This document shows positions 42,172 to 54,139 of a DNA stretch of 64,000 nt, in pieces. The position numbers and the translations under genes are program-made. Under the pieces are notes generated by a model. The model worked only from the letters and a program-made list of their open reading frames with translations. It did not search any database and was not told where the DNA came from. How positions within the stretch are numbered: the first letter of the stretch is position 1; each line of letters begins with the position of its first letter. This DNA comes from an uncultured Thiomicrospira sp. (GTDB taxonomy: Bacteria; Pseudomonadota; Gammaproteobacteria; CAKMZV01), in the NCBI GenBank assembly GCA_965195345.1, contig OZ239628.1, positions 640,001 through 704,000 on the forward strand, read 5' to 3'.

Positions 42172-42993
42172 ATGATGGTATTTCTACAACGAATTATTCC
42201 AAAACGCGCTTTAACCCGTTTAGTTGGCGCTATTGCAGTGAATCAGAATGTCTGGTTTAAAAACGCACTTATACGTATTGCTATGCGTTATTATCGAATT
42301 TCTTTGATTGAGGCTAAGATACAAGATATTAAAGAGTTTGATCATTTCAATGCGTTCTTTACCCGTGCTTTAAAACCAACAGCACGGCCTATAAATAATG
42401 AATCTAACTCTATCATTTCTCCAGCAGATGGGTTTATTAGCGAACAAGGGGATATTCAACAAGGGCAGTTATTGCAAGCAAAAGGGCGCAGTTATGAGTT
42501 GAGCGTTTTTTTAGGGAGAGATGTTGGACACTTTAAAAACGGCAGTTATTCAACGATCTATCTGTCACCAAGTGATTACCACCGAGTGCACATGCCTATT
42601 GACGGTGAGCTATTAGACGCGCGCTATATTCCTGGCACGCTTTTTGCTGTGAACCTTGCTACATGTCGAGGGATTGATAATCTTTTTGGTCGCAATGAAC
42701 GTCTTGTAGCACGATTTAAGACTGATATAGGAGAAGTTTTTGTTGTTTTTGTTGCTGCCTTAATGGTTGCAGGTATAGAAACAGTATGGCATCAGAACAA
42801 AAAAAGTATAAAAGCGCATGATCAATTATTCATGCCAGAAAAGCCATTACGTTTTTCTAAAGGCGATGAAATAGGGCGTTTTTGTTTTGGATCAACCGTA
42901 GTTTTAATAGCTCCTGAAGGGAGCTTGCAATGGAGCAATTCCTCGGATACGCCTATTAGAATGGGTGAAAAACTTGCTACTGTTCAAATATAA
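42172..42993 (+). CDS. psd: Phosphatidylserine decarboxylase proenzyme
   Basis: FNAFFTRALK, SPADG, QAKG, IYLSPSDYHRVHMP, RNER, cleavage motif FGSTV. Confidence 0.95.
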   Translation: MMVFLQRIIPKRALTRLVGAIAVNQNVWFKNALIRIAMRYYRISLIEAKIQDIKEFDHFNAFFTRALKPTARPINNESNSIISPADGFISEQGDIQQGQLLQAKGRSYELSVFLGRDVGHFKNGSYSTIYLSPSDYHRVHMPIDGELLDARYIPGTLFAVNLATCRGIDNLFGRNERLVARFKTDIGEVFVVFVAALMVAGIETVWHQNKKSIKAHDQLFMPEKPLRFSKGDEIGRFCFGSTVVLIAPEGSLQWSNSSDTPIRMGEKLATVQI

Positions 42994-43666
42994 ATTCAAA
43001 GTCGATAGTTCGACTGACTTTTAGCAACAGTAATTGATCCGCCCCAGCAACGCCTTCTGTCTCGTTATATACGTACGAAATCGTCGCTATCGCTGCTCCA
43101 AATACGTCATAGTCATAGCCTATCCGTAAGTACTGATTGTCAGTATCAATTGTGGCATTAGTATCATTATATCCAACGTCCAATTTAAACATCAGCACCT
43201 TTGCGCCAAAGGAGATGTGGCGATATTCGGCAGTGTCATTGTTGCGTGCTCTTTCTTTTTGTCCCAAGTCAATGTTTAGATTGAAAAATGAAAAGCCGGT
43301 TTTTAGATTGAGCTCAACAGAGGGGTTATCAAATCTAGATGAAGTATAAGAAAAGTGTTGTCCACCTACAGCAAAGGACCAATCTTCAAAGCTTTTTTCA
43401 TAGCCTAAAAAGAACCTTCTTTCTAACCCTATAGCTACACTCGACAGATATCCGCCTACATAAATTCCGGTGTCAGAGTCATAATTGCCTCCTGCTCTTA
43501 CAGAGGGAGCCGATTGAATATTGTCACCTAAAGAACTACGAGAGAGACCTCTGAATTCATATAAACTATGCAACTCACCCGTTAAAGTAGACTTTGCTTG
43601 CATTTGTGTGGCAAAGCCCATCAATAAAAAAAACATTGAAACTCTAAAAAACATCATTATCTCCAA
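42977..43666 (-). CDS. Putative outer-membrane beta-barrel protein (TorF/Gcw_chp-like)
   Basis: Signal peptide, S.YEFRGLS, PSVRAGGNY..DTGIYVG, alternating aromatic strands. Confidence 0.6.
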   Translation of the reverse strand: MEIMMFFRVSMFFLLMGFATQMQAKSTLTGELHSLYEFRGLSRSSLGDNIQSAPSVRAGGNYDSDTGIYVGGYLSSVAIGLERRFFLGYEKSFEDWSFAVGGQHFSYTSSRFDNPSVELNLKTGFSFFNLNIDLGQKERARNNDTAEYRHISFGAKVLMFKLDVGYNDTNATIDTDNQYLRIGYDYDVFGAAIATISYVYNETEGVAGADQLLLLKVSRTIDFEFIFEQ

Positions 43667-44346
43667 GTAAGAAAAGAAGTGGGGTTATTGTTTATTAATT
43701 CTTTAAACTGCTTTCTCGGTATGCTCACGCCACCAAGCAGCATCAAGTGCGGTGATTCAACTTGACCATCGACACAACTCCAATTATATCGTTGGGCTAA
43801 GTGCATGAGTGCTTGGAAAGCAACTTTTGACCCACCACTTTTTAGAGATACCATTGACTCACCAAAAAACATATTTCCAATGCCGATGCCGTAAATACCT
43901 CCGACCAAAGAGTCTTGCCATACTTCGATGCTATGCGCCCACCCTTTTATGTGTAGGTCTGTATAGATTTCGATGAATTTTTTTGAAATCCAACTGACAT
44001 TATCTTGAATCAAGTGGTTTTGCGAGGGCGCACGAGTTGCGCAGTGATGAATGACGCTTTCAAAAGAAGCATTTACTTTAATCTGATATTCGCCTAAATT
44101 CTTCACGGCGCGTTTGATTGTTTGATTACTACTCCATTGTTCGGGGAAAAAAACAAGCCTTGGATCAGGGCTAAACCAATAGGTTAAGCCGTGTTGCTCA
44201 TGCCATGGGAAAATCCCTTGTTGATATGCTGCAAGTGTACGAACAACTGTCATACTTTGACTAACAGCCACAAGACCTTCAGGATTTGCCTGCTCAATAG
44301 AAGGAAAAAGTTCTTCCGATAGATTGTTTGATAAGTACGGAATCAA
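43657..44346 (-). CDS. aat: Leucyl/phenylalanyl-tRNA-protein transferase
   Basis: GLVAV, AYQQGIFPW, WFSPDPR, AHSIEVW, GGIYG, FFGESM, SKVAF. Confidence 0.93.
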   Translation of the reverse strand: MIPYLSNNLSEELFPSIEQANPEGLVAVSQSMTVVRTLAAYQQGIFPWHEQHGLTYWFSPDPRLVFFPEQWSSNQTIKRAVKNLGEYQIKVNASFESVIHHCATRAPSQNHLIQDNVSWISKKFIEIYTDLHIKGWAHSIEVWQDSLVGGIYGIGIGNMFFGESMVSLKSGGSKVAFQALMHLAQRYNWSCVDGQVESPHLMLLGGVSIPRKQFKELINNNPTSFLTWR

Positions 44347-44351
44347 AGAGC

Positions 44352-45921
<1,570 letters not shown>

Positions 45922-46133
45922 AACTTGTACTCATAAATTAGATGGGTTTTTGCATGAATATTTTTATACATATTGTTCTTATTGTGATGCAATTTTTGTG
46001 ACGAATAGTTATTAAACGGCATTGGTAAAAAATACCGATTAAACAACAAAAAAAACGTCACTTAGAGCAAAATTATCGTATTCCATAATCAATTGATAGG
46101 AATGCGTTAATACGTAAGCATCGGACTTTTTCC

Positions 46134-47453
46134 TTAGAAATCGGGATTTAACCCAATTGGAAAATTTGATAGTTTTTCATAGCCGTTATCTGTGATGAGT
46201 ATTTGTTCCTCGAGCTTGACCCCTTCACCACCTGATTTACGACCGATATAGCTCTCTACACAAAGTACCATGCCTGATTCTATAGTACCATCATAACCGT
46301 GTTCTTCCCACAAATCAGGGAAGGTAATGGAAGGGTATTCATCGCATAAACCCACGCCATGGACAAGTAATCCATACCGTCTAAACGTATTTGGACAAAT
46401 AGTGTGGGCTTTATGGGAATACTCTTTAAAGCTCATCCCAGGTTGTAATATTTCGGTATTTTTGTTAATTTGTTCGAGTGCTCGATCGTATAAGTCTTGT
46501 TGCTCTTGGGTTGGAGTGGTTCTATCAACAAGCCAAGACCTTGAGATGTCAACGCAAATTCCATAAGATCCGATTAGATCTGTATCAAAGGAGAGCATTT
46601 CACCTTTTTGAATTGGACGACTTGAAGATTCTTGAAACCAAGGATTAGTGCGCGGACCACAAGCCAGAATGCGAGTTTCGATCCATTCGCCACCGCGCTT
46701 TATATTTTCCGCATGCAAAATAGACCACAGATGATTTTCTGACATGCCTGAAGACATTTGGTCATACATTATGCGCATACTGTTCTCACATGCATCTATT
46801 GCACAGCGCATCGCCTTAATTTCTTCTTCCGATTTAATGACACGAGCAAGCTCCATAATTTGTTCACCATTGTGTAATTCAATGCCAGCTGCTTCCAATA
46901 AATGCGTGCCTTCGGGATTAAGTTTATCCACCGCTAAACGGCGATTCCCAGCGCCGTATTGATTGACTAAGTCGATAATCTCAAGTGACCAACGTTTGGA
47001 AAAGCGTTCCGTTTCGCAGCCAGAAGAAAAATAAAACCAAGGTTTTGCAGTACGAATTTCATCAATAAAAGGGTTATGGCTACTAAGATGTTCGCAGTCG
47101 TGATAGTCAAAAATGATTGCTGGACCATCAGCTGTTATAAAACAATATCGAGCGGTGTTATGCGCTGTCCATAGTTGCATGTTGGTGGAGTCGGTGCTAT
47201 AACGAACGTGCAGCGGGTCATACAATAATATGCCCATTAAATCGTGTTTGTGTAATTGTTCCCTTATTCTGTTGATTCGATACTCTTGTATCTTATTCAT
47301 TTCAGGAAGCGGAAGTCCTTTTTTTTGCCATTCGTTTATTGCAAGAGAACCAGGACCCAACACATGCATGTTGAGGGCGCGATCATAATCGTAAGGTAAC
47401 TTTGGTAATTGTCGATGCCCAATTTTGCTTAGATGGCGGTGTTCGTGCCTCAT
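46134..47453 (-). CDS. dddP: DMSP lyase DddP-like (M24 metallopeptidase fold)
   Basis: DPL.VRYSTDSTNMQLW, GGEWIETR, GPRTNPWFQE, FDTDLIG.YG.CVDISRSW, YG..VHGVGLCDEYP, LCVE, KLEEQILIT, matching roseobacter DddP motifs as I recall them. Confidence 0.82.
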   Translation of the reverse strand: MRHEHRHLSKIGHRQLPKLPYDYDRALNMHVLGPGSLAINEWQKKGLPLPEMNKIQEYRINRIREQLHKHDLMGILLYDPLHVRYSTDSTNMQLWTAHNTARYCFITADGPAIIFDYHDCEHLSSHNPFIDEIRTAKPWFYFSSGCETERFSKRWSLEIIDLVNQYGAGNRRLAVDKLNPEGTHLLEAAGIELHNGEQIMELARVIKSEEEIKAMRCAIDACENSMRIMYDQMSSGMSENHLWSILHAENIKRGGEWIETRILACGPRTNPWFQESSSRPIQKGEMLSFDTDLIGSYGICVDISRSWLVDRTTPTQEQQDLYDRALEQINKNTEILQPGMSFKEYSHKAHTICPNTFRRYGLLVHGVGLCDEYPSITFPDLWEEHGYDGTIESGMVLCVESYIGRKSGGEGVKLEEQILITDNGYEKLSNFPIGLNPDF

Positions 47454-47759
47454 TTAGGCAAAAGAATGCAAACAATCTTGCAAATCAGATACCCGAGCAT
47501 TTTCAATTTTTATTCCTTCGGATTGTAATAATTCTATTTTCTTCTTTTGACCGAGTGCATACTCGCCAACATCACCATTCTTTCGCACAACGCGGTGACA
47601 GGGTATTGTTATCAGTTTCTCGTTTTTTGCCATTGCGCTTCCAACAGCTCTATGAGCTGTTGAGTTAAGTGCTCTGGCAATTTCAGAATATGTTGTTACT
47701 TTTCCTTTCGGGATTTTTTTCAGCAAGTCGTAGCACCGCTGATCAAATTTAGCAGGCAT
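47454..47759 (-). CDS. Single-domain O6-alkylguanine-DNA alkyltransferase (MGMT family)
   Basis: IPKGKVTTYSEIA, RAVGSAM, active-site PCHRVV, K..LL.SEG. Confidence 0.88.
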   Translation of the reverse strand: MPAKFDQRCYDLLKKIPKGKVTTYSEIARALNSTAHRAVGSAMAKNEKLITIPCHRVVRKNGDVGEYALGQKKKIELLQSEGIKIENARVSDLQDCLHSFA

Positions 47760-47770
47760 AATTTCCCCCC

Positions 47771-48505
47771 TTAAAGTGGATTAGTCGGTTGATAACTATC
47801 GCAAAAATTGCGCACGAATTGAGCAAAAATTGCGCCCTCATTTGGTAGATTAACTGTATTCATTGCATCGGTATAAGTGGTTTCATTAAAACGATCTTTA
47901 ATAATGGGAAGCAGTGTCTGGAAGTACTCATTCGAAAACTCGGGATGACCTTGAATAGTAAGGATGTGATTACTGATAGTAAGTACTTCGTTTGGACAAA
48001 GATCATCACCGCTAATTACTGTACTATTTGGAGGAGGAATAGTTACTTGATCTTGATGAATATGTACTATATTTAAAGCACTCTTTTCATCGCCTAACCA
48101 AGGTTGATTCTTATCTAATTCAATATTACGCACACCTAAAACCCAGCCATTTTTTGAACATTCAACTTTGCCGCCCAATGCTTTGGCAATGACTTGATGT
48201 CCAAAACAAAACCCCACCAGTAGTTTTTTTGTTGCGTGTGCTTTTTGAATAAAGCGCTCAAGTTCGCGAATCCACTCGAAATCATCGTATGCAGCATGAA
48301 CACTACCCGTAATAAAGTACAGGTCAAATTCCTCGACGTGCTCAGGGAACTCATTTTCTGAAGTGCGAAATATTTTGAAATCCGCTTCAGGGAAAAACGG
48401 CTTGAAGAAAAGCAAATATTTAATGCCGTCGTTGGGGAAGTCAGGCTCTAACTCTTCGCGGTCTTTGTTGCAATTTAGTATGGCTATGGAACGTATGTGC
48501 ATCAA
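47771..48505 (-). CDS. Stand-alone class I glutamine amidotransferase
   Basis: ITGS, nucleophile GFCFGHQ, HQDQV, QGHPEF. Confidence 0.9.
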   Translation of the reverse strand: MMHIRSIAILNCNKDREELEPDFPNDGIKYLLFFKPFFPEADFKIFRTSENEFPEHVEEFDLYFITGSVHAAYDDFEWIRELERFIQKAHATKKLLVGFCFGHQVIAKALGGKVECSKNGWVLGVRNIELDKNQPWLGDEKSALNIVHIHQDQVTIPPPNSTVISGDDLCPNEVLTISNHILTIQGHPEFSNEYFQTLLPIIKDRFNETTYTDAMNTVNLPNEGAIFAQFVRNFCDSYQPTNPL

Positions 48506-48622
48506 ATTGATTATAAAACGCAGTTAAAGAAATAGCAATAGTTGATATCATCGTACCCACATTAAAAAGATTGCCGCATTTTCGACTTGATAAGGAGCTG
48601 TTAACGTATCGTTAAAGTAGTA

Positions 48623-50086
48623 TCAAATTGCTTGGATGGCTTTACCAACATAATCAGGTTTTGGTAGGTTATTTGCTTGCTGGTAAATCGTTTCAAGGCA
48701 ATTGTAAATATGCTTCTTAAATACACAAGCCTTGCTTTGTTGCGTATCAACGTGCAATAGCATTTGTTCGGCAGTAGCAAGTTGATTGTTGTGAGAATAC
48801 ATCTCATGGCACAGCCATATTCGTTTATTGTCAATCCCCAGTAATTGTGTTGTCACATGCAATGAATCGCCAAGTTTACAATCTTTCAGGTGGCGTAAAT
48901 GCGTTTCAACAGTATAGACAGAAAAGCCATTGTTTAAATAATCAGCATCAACACCTATCCGTTCAAGGAATGCATCGGTAGTGTATCCAAATACCTCTAA
49001 ATATGAACTTTCAGTCATGTGCTGGTTGTAATCGATGTATGAAGGTTTGACAAAGCTTTTATACAATTGCAATGGGTATTCATCTGTATTAAGGTGCGGT
49101 TTTTCTTGGGTAGGTGGTTCTGTGTTCAAGAATTTTCCAGCGCCCCAATTATTCTTTTTGAGCACTTTGAGAAAGCCAATAATGTTTTCATCGCGAATTC
49201 GCTCAAGTTGTTCAATAGAGTACTCGCCAGATTGCATATCCGATTGTTCAACAATGGTTTCTATTAACGATTCATCAAGATTAGGAACATTCATCAACTT
49301 TGTCCATTCAAATCCAAGTGCAGGACCAAATTGAGCAAGGAAATGACGCATGCCAGCCGTACCTCCTGCAATTCGGTAAGTTTCGAACAAACCCATTTGA
49401 GCCCAACGCAACCCAAAGCCATAAGTAATGGCATTGTCAAGTTCCTCAGTTGTGGTGATACCATCTTTAATTAGCCATAAAGACTCGCGCCAAACAGCTT
49501 CAAGAAGGCGGTCAGCTATGTGTGCAGGAATTTCCTTGCGCAATAGTAGGGGATACATTTGGATTGATTTAAATAGTGAAATGGCTTGTTCAGTGAGTTC
49601 TTTATTGTTGACGGGTGAGGTAACTACCTCGACTAACGGTAATAAATATACGGGATTGAACGGATGCGCAACGATTACGCGTTCAGGGTTTTTTAGTTGA
49701 TGTTGTAATTCCGAAGGCATAAACCCAGATGTTGAAGAACCAATGATTGCATTCTTAGGGGCTGATTCTTCTATTTGTTTATAAACTTTGGCTTTTATTT
49801 CAAGATTTTCAGGCACATTTTCTTGGATGTAGTGTGCATTTTGGACCGCTTTATCTAAAGTATCTACTATATATAGGCGCCCCTCTGGCTTATCCATCGA
49901 AAGAGATTTGTAAGCATGACGAGCGTTAAAACACATGCGATTGATGTTTTCTTCAGTGTTTTTTATCGGATCGTATAAATGGATATCGTAGCCATTGAGC
50001 AAAAAGCGCGTTGCCCAACCCGCTCCTATGACACCACCACCAATTATTGCTATATTATGTATACTCATATCTATAAACCCATGCAA
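48623..50086 (-). CDS. lcdH: L-carnitine 3-dehydrogenase fused to betainyl-CoA thioesterase (start may be 50068)
   Basis: GGGVIGAGW, QENVPE, SSTSG, HPFNPVYLLPLVE, GLRWAQMG.F..YRIAGG..GMRHF..QFGPAL; C-terminal hot-dog domain IDYNQHM, YTVETH, EQMLLHVD. Confidence 0.88.
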   Translation of the reverse strand: MHGFIDMSIHNIAIIGGGVIGAGWATRFLLNGYDIHLYDPIKNTEENINRMCFNARHAYKSLSMDKPEGRLYIVDTLDKAVQNAHYIQENVPENLEIKAKVYKQIEESAPKNAIIGSSTSGFMPSELQHQLKNPERVIVAHPFNPVYLLPLVEVVTSPVNNKELTEQAISLFKSIQMYPLLLRKEIPAHIADRLLEAVWRESLWLIKDGITTTEELDNAITYGFGLRWAQMGLFETYRIAGGTAGMRHFLAQFGPALGFEWTKLMNVPNLDESLIETIVEQSDMQSGEYSIEQLERIRDENIIGFLKVLKKNNWGAGKFLNTEPPTQEKPHLNTDEYPLQLYKSFVKPSYIDYNQHMTESSYLEVFGYTTDAFLERIGVDADYLNNGFSVYTVETHLRHLKDCKLGDSLHVTTQLLGIDNKRIWLCHEMYSHNNQLATAEQMLLHVDTQQSKACVFKKHIYNCLETIYQQANNLPKPDYVGKAIQAI

Positions 50087-50263
50087 AATGCATTATCAGA
50101 AAAATTATAGGAAGCGTCTTTGTGATAAAGACCCGATGTATTTTATCTTGTCCTAATTTATTGTGTGTGCGTTCAAAATAATTTTTTCTAGCTTAATGTT
50201 CCCTATTCAATCGGGGGGGTATAATGCCCGTTTTGAATGTACCCCAAAAATCCCACATAACGA

Positions 50264-53173
50264 ATGAATTTTTTCCAACGTATTGCCAACAGGCATTTTG
50301 AATCAATTGGTGTTGAATTAACCAGTTTTAGTCATCAATTAACGGGCGCAGTTCATCACCACTTTGCGTGTGATGATGAAGAAAATGTCTTCATGGTTGC
50401 TTTTCGAACCGTTCCCGAAGACTCGAGTGGCGTTGCTCATATTTTGGAGCATACGGTGTTGTGTGGCAGTGCTCGTTACCCAGTGAGAGATCCATTTTTC
50501 TTAATGACGAGACGCTCTTTGAATACCTTTATGAACGCATTCACTGCGAGTGATTGGACTGCATATCCTTTTGCCACGTGCAATCGTATAGATTTTTTTA
50601 ATCTGCTTGATGTGTACCTTGATGCGGCATTTTTTCCCAATATTGAAGCGTTAGATTTTGCTCAAGAGGGTTGGCGATACGATTTTGTTGATTCTGGAAA
50701 TATCGACTCAGACCTTATGTACAAAGGGGTCGTTTTCAATGAAATGAAAGGAGCAATGAGTACACAATCACGTATTCTCTGGCATAAATTATGTGCGCAC
50801 GTTTATCCCAATGTGACCTATCATCACAATAGTGGTGGTGATCCAGAAGACATCCCCAAACTGACGTGGGAACAATTAAAAGACTTTCATAAAAAGCATT
50901 ACCATCCTTCAAACGCTATATTTCTTACTTATGGTAATTTGGATGCAGAAACGTTACAAAAGGAATTTGAAGAAAAGGTGCTTTCGCAATTTCAACGAAC
51001 AGCTCCTGTGCCACTGGTTGCACTTGAAAAACCATTATCATCAGCATTATCTATTGAAGAAGAGTATGCATTGGATGAAGAAAAAATGGCAGCGCGAACG
51101 CACATTGTTGTCAGTTGGTTGTGGGGAGAGAGTTCTGATATAAAAAACGTATTGCGTGCACATTTGCTTAGTGGAGTATTATTTGATAATGGTGCAGCCC
51201 CGTTAAGAGAGGTTTTAGAGACGACAGAATTAGGCAAATCGCTCTCTCCAATTTGCGGGCTCGAAGATGAGCACAGACAAATGCAGTTTACACTTGGTCT
51301 CGAAGGAAGCGAAACACAGTATGCTGAAAAAGTAGAGCAGCTGATTCTGAATGCTCTAGAAGATATTGCTAACAATGGAGTTAACCAACACTTAGTCGAA
51401 GCCGTGTTGCATCAGCTGGAATTAGGTCAGCGGTCGATGGACTCAGGTGGTTATCCTTACGGACTAAGCCTCATAATGTCTGCTTTAACTGCAGCTATAC
51501 ATGGTGGTGACGTTGGAGATCGAGTAGATATTGACACCGCATTAAAGCATTTAAGGGAAGAATGTTCGAATCATGATTTTGTGCCTAATTTGATAAGAGA
51601 GTGGTTGTTAGAAAACACTCATCGAGTCACTTTAACTTTAAAACCAAATAACAAATTAAACGCACAGCAAGAGCAGGCTGAGAAGCAACGATTGCATGAA
51701 GCGCTTTTGGAAATGAGTGTAGAAGAAAAGAATAATATCGTTGAATTTAATTCTGTACTTGAAAAACATCAAATTGAAGAACAAGATAGCACATTGCTGC
51801 CCAAGGTTGGCATTGAGGATGTCAAAGAAAGGTTAGACGCGCCTGTAAAATACGCGCATGGCATTACACCTTTTGCATACACTTCCTACAAAGCAAGAAC
51901 AAATGGCTTGATATATGCTAATGCTTGGTTTGATTTGCCAAAATTAGATGCTAATGAACTTTCTTTATTACCTCTACTCGCAGGAATGATCGGAGAATTG
52001 GGTTCTGGTGGGCGTAATTATTTGCAGACTCAGGAGGCACAAGCGTTGTACACAGGAGGTATAGGTGCAAGCGTTTCTTTATCTGCACAAATAAGCGATG
52101 TGAATCACAATTGGGCACGGTTTGGTATTGGGGGGAAAGGGTTGGACCGCAATTTACAATCGTTTATGGACTTGTTGAGTGATACGCTTTGGAATGTTCG
52201 ATTTGACGAGCACCAGCGTATACTTGAATTACTGACACAGTGCCGCTATCAGATAGAGCAAGGTGTTGTGCAGCAAGGACATTTGCTTGCAATGAATGCG
52301 GCTTCAAGTCATTTCAATGCAATAGCGGGACAAAATTATAATTGGGGCGGTTTAAAAGGAATACAGCGCACTATACAGTATCAGAAAAAATTTGAAAAGC
52401 ACGGTGTTGCTGATTTCTCTGAGGATTTAAAAAAACTATATAGCCAAATAAATACAATAAAACCTGAATGGTTGTTGATCGGAGATGAAAAAGGAGTGGA
52501 TGATTTACAACAACAAATGACAACGTTCTCAGGAAAAGGTATCGAAAGTAAGCGCGAAAATTTCCTTAATCCTATTGAACATCAATCAGTCAATTTGGCG
52601 TGGAGCGTTTTTTCAAAAGTAAATTACTGCGCACATGCATATCCCGCTGTGCCTTCTGGGCATCAAGATGCACCAGTTTTATCGGTACTTGCTAATTTTT
52701 TACGCAATGGTTATCTACATACTGCTATACGCGAACAAGGAGGAGCATACGGAGGCGGTGCTCAATATGACTCTGAAAGTGCCAGTTTTCGTTTTTTCTC
52801 CTATAGAGACCCAAGATTGGAAGAAACATTGGCCGATTTCCGCCATTCTATACATTGGTTGTTTGATGCCAGCCATAATGAGGAAGCCTTGGAACAGGCT
52901 ATATTGAATGTGGTGTCAAAAATTGATGCTCCATCTAGCCCAGCTGGCGAAGTTAAAAAGTCCTTCTTTAGCTCTCTTGACGGTAGAACGCTTGCAATAC
53001 GCGAGAAATATCGTCAACAGGTTTTGAATACCACCTTAGATGATTTGCAAAGAGTAGCGAATAATTATTTAAAAGAAGAGCCTTCAAGTACGGTAGTCTG
53101 TTCAAAAAAAACCGCTGAAAATTTATCTGACAAAGGATTCGTTCATGAATCTATCAACGAAGAAAACAATTAA
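50264..53173 (+). CDS. M16C (presequence protease-like) metallopeptidase
   Basis: GVAHILEHTVLCGS.RYPVRDPFF, TFMNAFT, GVVFNEMKG, IREQGGAYG, SYRDP. Confidence 0.93.
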   Translation: MNFFQRIANRHFESIGVELTSFSHQLTGAVHHHFACDDEENVFMVAFRTVPEDSSGVAHILEHTVLCGSARYPVRDPFFLMTRRSLNTFMNAFTASDWTAYPFATCNRIDFFNLLDVYLDAAFFPNIEALDFAQEGWRYDFVDSGNIDSDLMYKGVVFNEMKGAMSTQSRILWHKLCAHVYPNVTYHHNSGGDPEDIPKLTWEQLKDFHKKHYHPSNAIFLTYGNLDAETLQKEFEEKVLSQFQRTAPVPLVALEKPLSSALSIEEEYALDEEKMAARTHIVVSWLWGESSDIKNVLRAHLLSGVLFDNGAAPLREVLETTELGKSLSPICGLEDEHRQMQFTLGLEGSETQYAEKVEQLILNALEDIANNGVNQHLVEAVLHQLELGQRSMDSGGYPYGLSLIMSALTAAIHGGDVGDRVDIDTALKHLREECSNHDFVPNLIREWLLENTHRVTLTLKPNNKLNAQQEQAEKQRLHEALLEMSVEEKNNIVEFNSVLEKHQIEEQDSTLLPKVGIEDVKERLDAPVKYAHGITPFAYTSYKARTNGLIYANAWFDLPKLDANELSLLPLLAGMIGELGSGGRNYLQTQEAQALYTGGIGASVSLSAQISDVNHNWARFGIGGKGLDRNLQSFMDLLSDTLWNVRFDEHQRILELLTQCRYQIEQGVVQQGHLLAMNAASSHFNAIAGQNYNWGGLKGIQRTIQYQKKFEKHGVADFSEDLKKLYSQINTIKPEWLLIGDEKGVDDLQQQMTTFSGKGIESKRENFLNPIEHQSVNLAWSVFSKVNYCAHAYPAVPSGHQDAPVLSVLANFLRNGYLHTAIREQGGAYGGGAQYDSESASFRFFSYRDPRLEETLADFRHSIHWLFDASHNEEALEQAILNVVSKIDAPSSPAGEVKKSFFSSLDGRTLAIREKYRQQVLNTTLDDLQRVANNYLKEEPSSTVVCSKKTAENLSDKGFVHESINEENN

Positions 53174-53185
53174 AAGAGGGAGATT

Positions 53186-54031
53186 ATGAGTGCTCAAATA
53201 TTAGACGGAAAACTGGTGCGCGATTGCTTACTGAGTCAGTTGAAACAATCTATTGATGCCGCAATTAGCATTGGCAAGAAAGCACCTGGATTAGCCGTTA
53301 TTTTAGTTGGCGAAGACCCTGCGTCGAATGTTTATGTTGGTAGTAAAACGCGGACATGTGAGGCGATTGGTATTCGCTCATTTTCCCATCAATTGCCTGC
53401 TGAAACAACCGAAAAAGCGTTGCTTAAATTGATAGATGAATTGAATGAAAATGATGATGTGCATGGCATTCTCGTGCAACTGCCTCTTCCTGAACATATT
53501 AATTCTGATCAAGTGATTGAGCGCATTAAATACACTAAAGATGTGGATGGTTTTTTGCCTGCTAATATTGGCGCATTGGCTATTGATAGATCAGTGTTAT
53601 CGCCATGCACGCCTAAAGGAGTGATGACTTTGCTCAATCATTACAAAATTGACTTAGTAGGAAAAGAAGCGGTGGTTGTCGGTGCTTCACGCATTGTTGG
53701 GCGCCCTATGGCGTTGGAATTAGTTAATGCTCGTGCCACGGTCTCTATCTGTAGAAGTTCAACGCGTGATTTGAGAGGTCATGTAGCCCGTTCTGATATT
53801 GTTATAGCTGCGGCTGGAGTCCCAGAAATGGTTAAAGGCGATTGGATTAAGGAGGGAGCGGTTGTGATTGACGTAGGGATTCATAGGAGAGCGGATGGGA
53901 AATTGTGTGGCGATGTGGAATTCTCTGTGGCGAAGGACAGAGCCTCTTGGATTAGCCCCGTTCCGGGCGGCGTTGGTCCAATGACTATAGCTACTTTAAT
54001 GGAAAATACAGTTAAGGCGGCAGGGCTTTAA
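53186..54031 (+). CDS. folD: Bifunctional methylene-THF dehydrogenase/cyclohydrolase
   Basis: PGLAVILVG..PAS..YV, GILVQLPLP, KDVDGF, PCTPKG, PVPGGVGPMTIA. Confidence 0.97.
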   Translation: MSAQILDGKLVRDCLLSQLKQSIDAAISIGKKAPGLAVILVGEDPASNVYVGSKTRTCEAIGIRSFSHQLPAETTEKALLKLIDELNENDDVHGILVQLPLPEHINSDQVIERIKYTKDVDGFLPANIGALAIDRSVLSPCTPKGVMTLLNHYKIDLVGKEAVVVGASRIVGRPMALELVNARATVSICRSSTRDLRGHVARSDIVIAAAGVPEMVKGDWIKEGAVVIDVGIHRRADGKLCGDVEFSVAKDRASWISPVPGGVGPMTIATLMENTVKAAGL

Positions 54032-54139
54032 TTTCTTTTCTTATTTTAAACTCATAAAAATACCCATGCAAGATGGGAACGCATTTTAATCAATCTGCGT
54101 TATAAGTAGAACGAATTCAATATTTTTTAATATAAGAGA

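Noticed and set aside
50264-53173. Eukaryote-like presequence protease as a sign of horizontal transfer
   Set aside because: M16C peptidases are widespread in bacteria, including marine Gammaproteobacteria.
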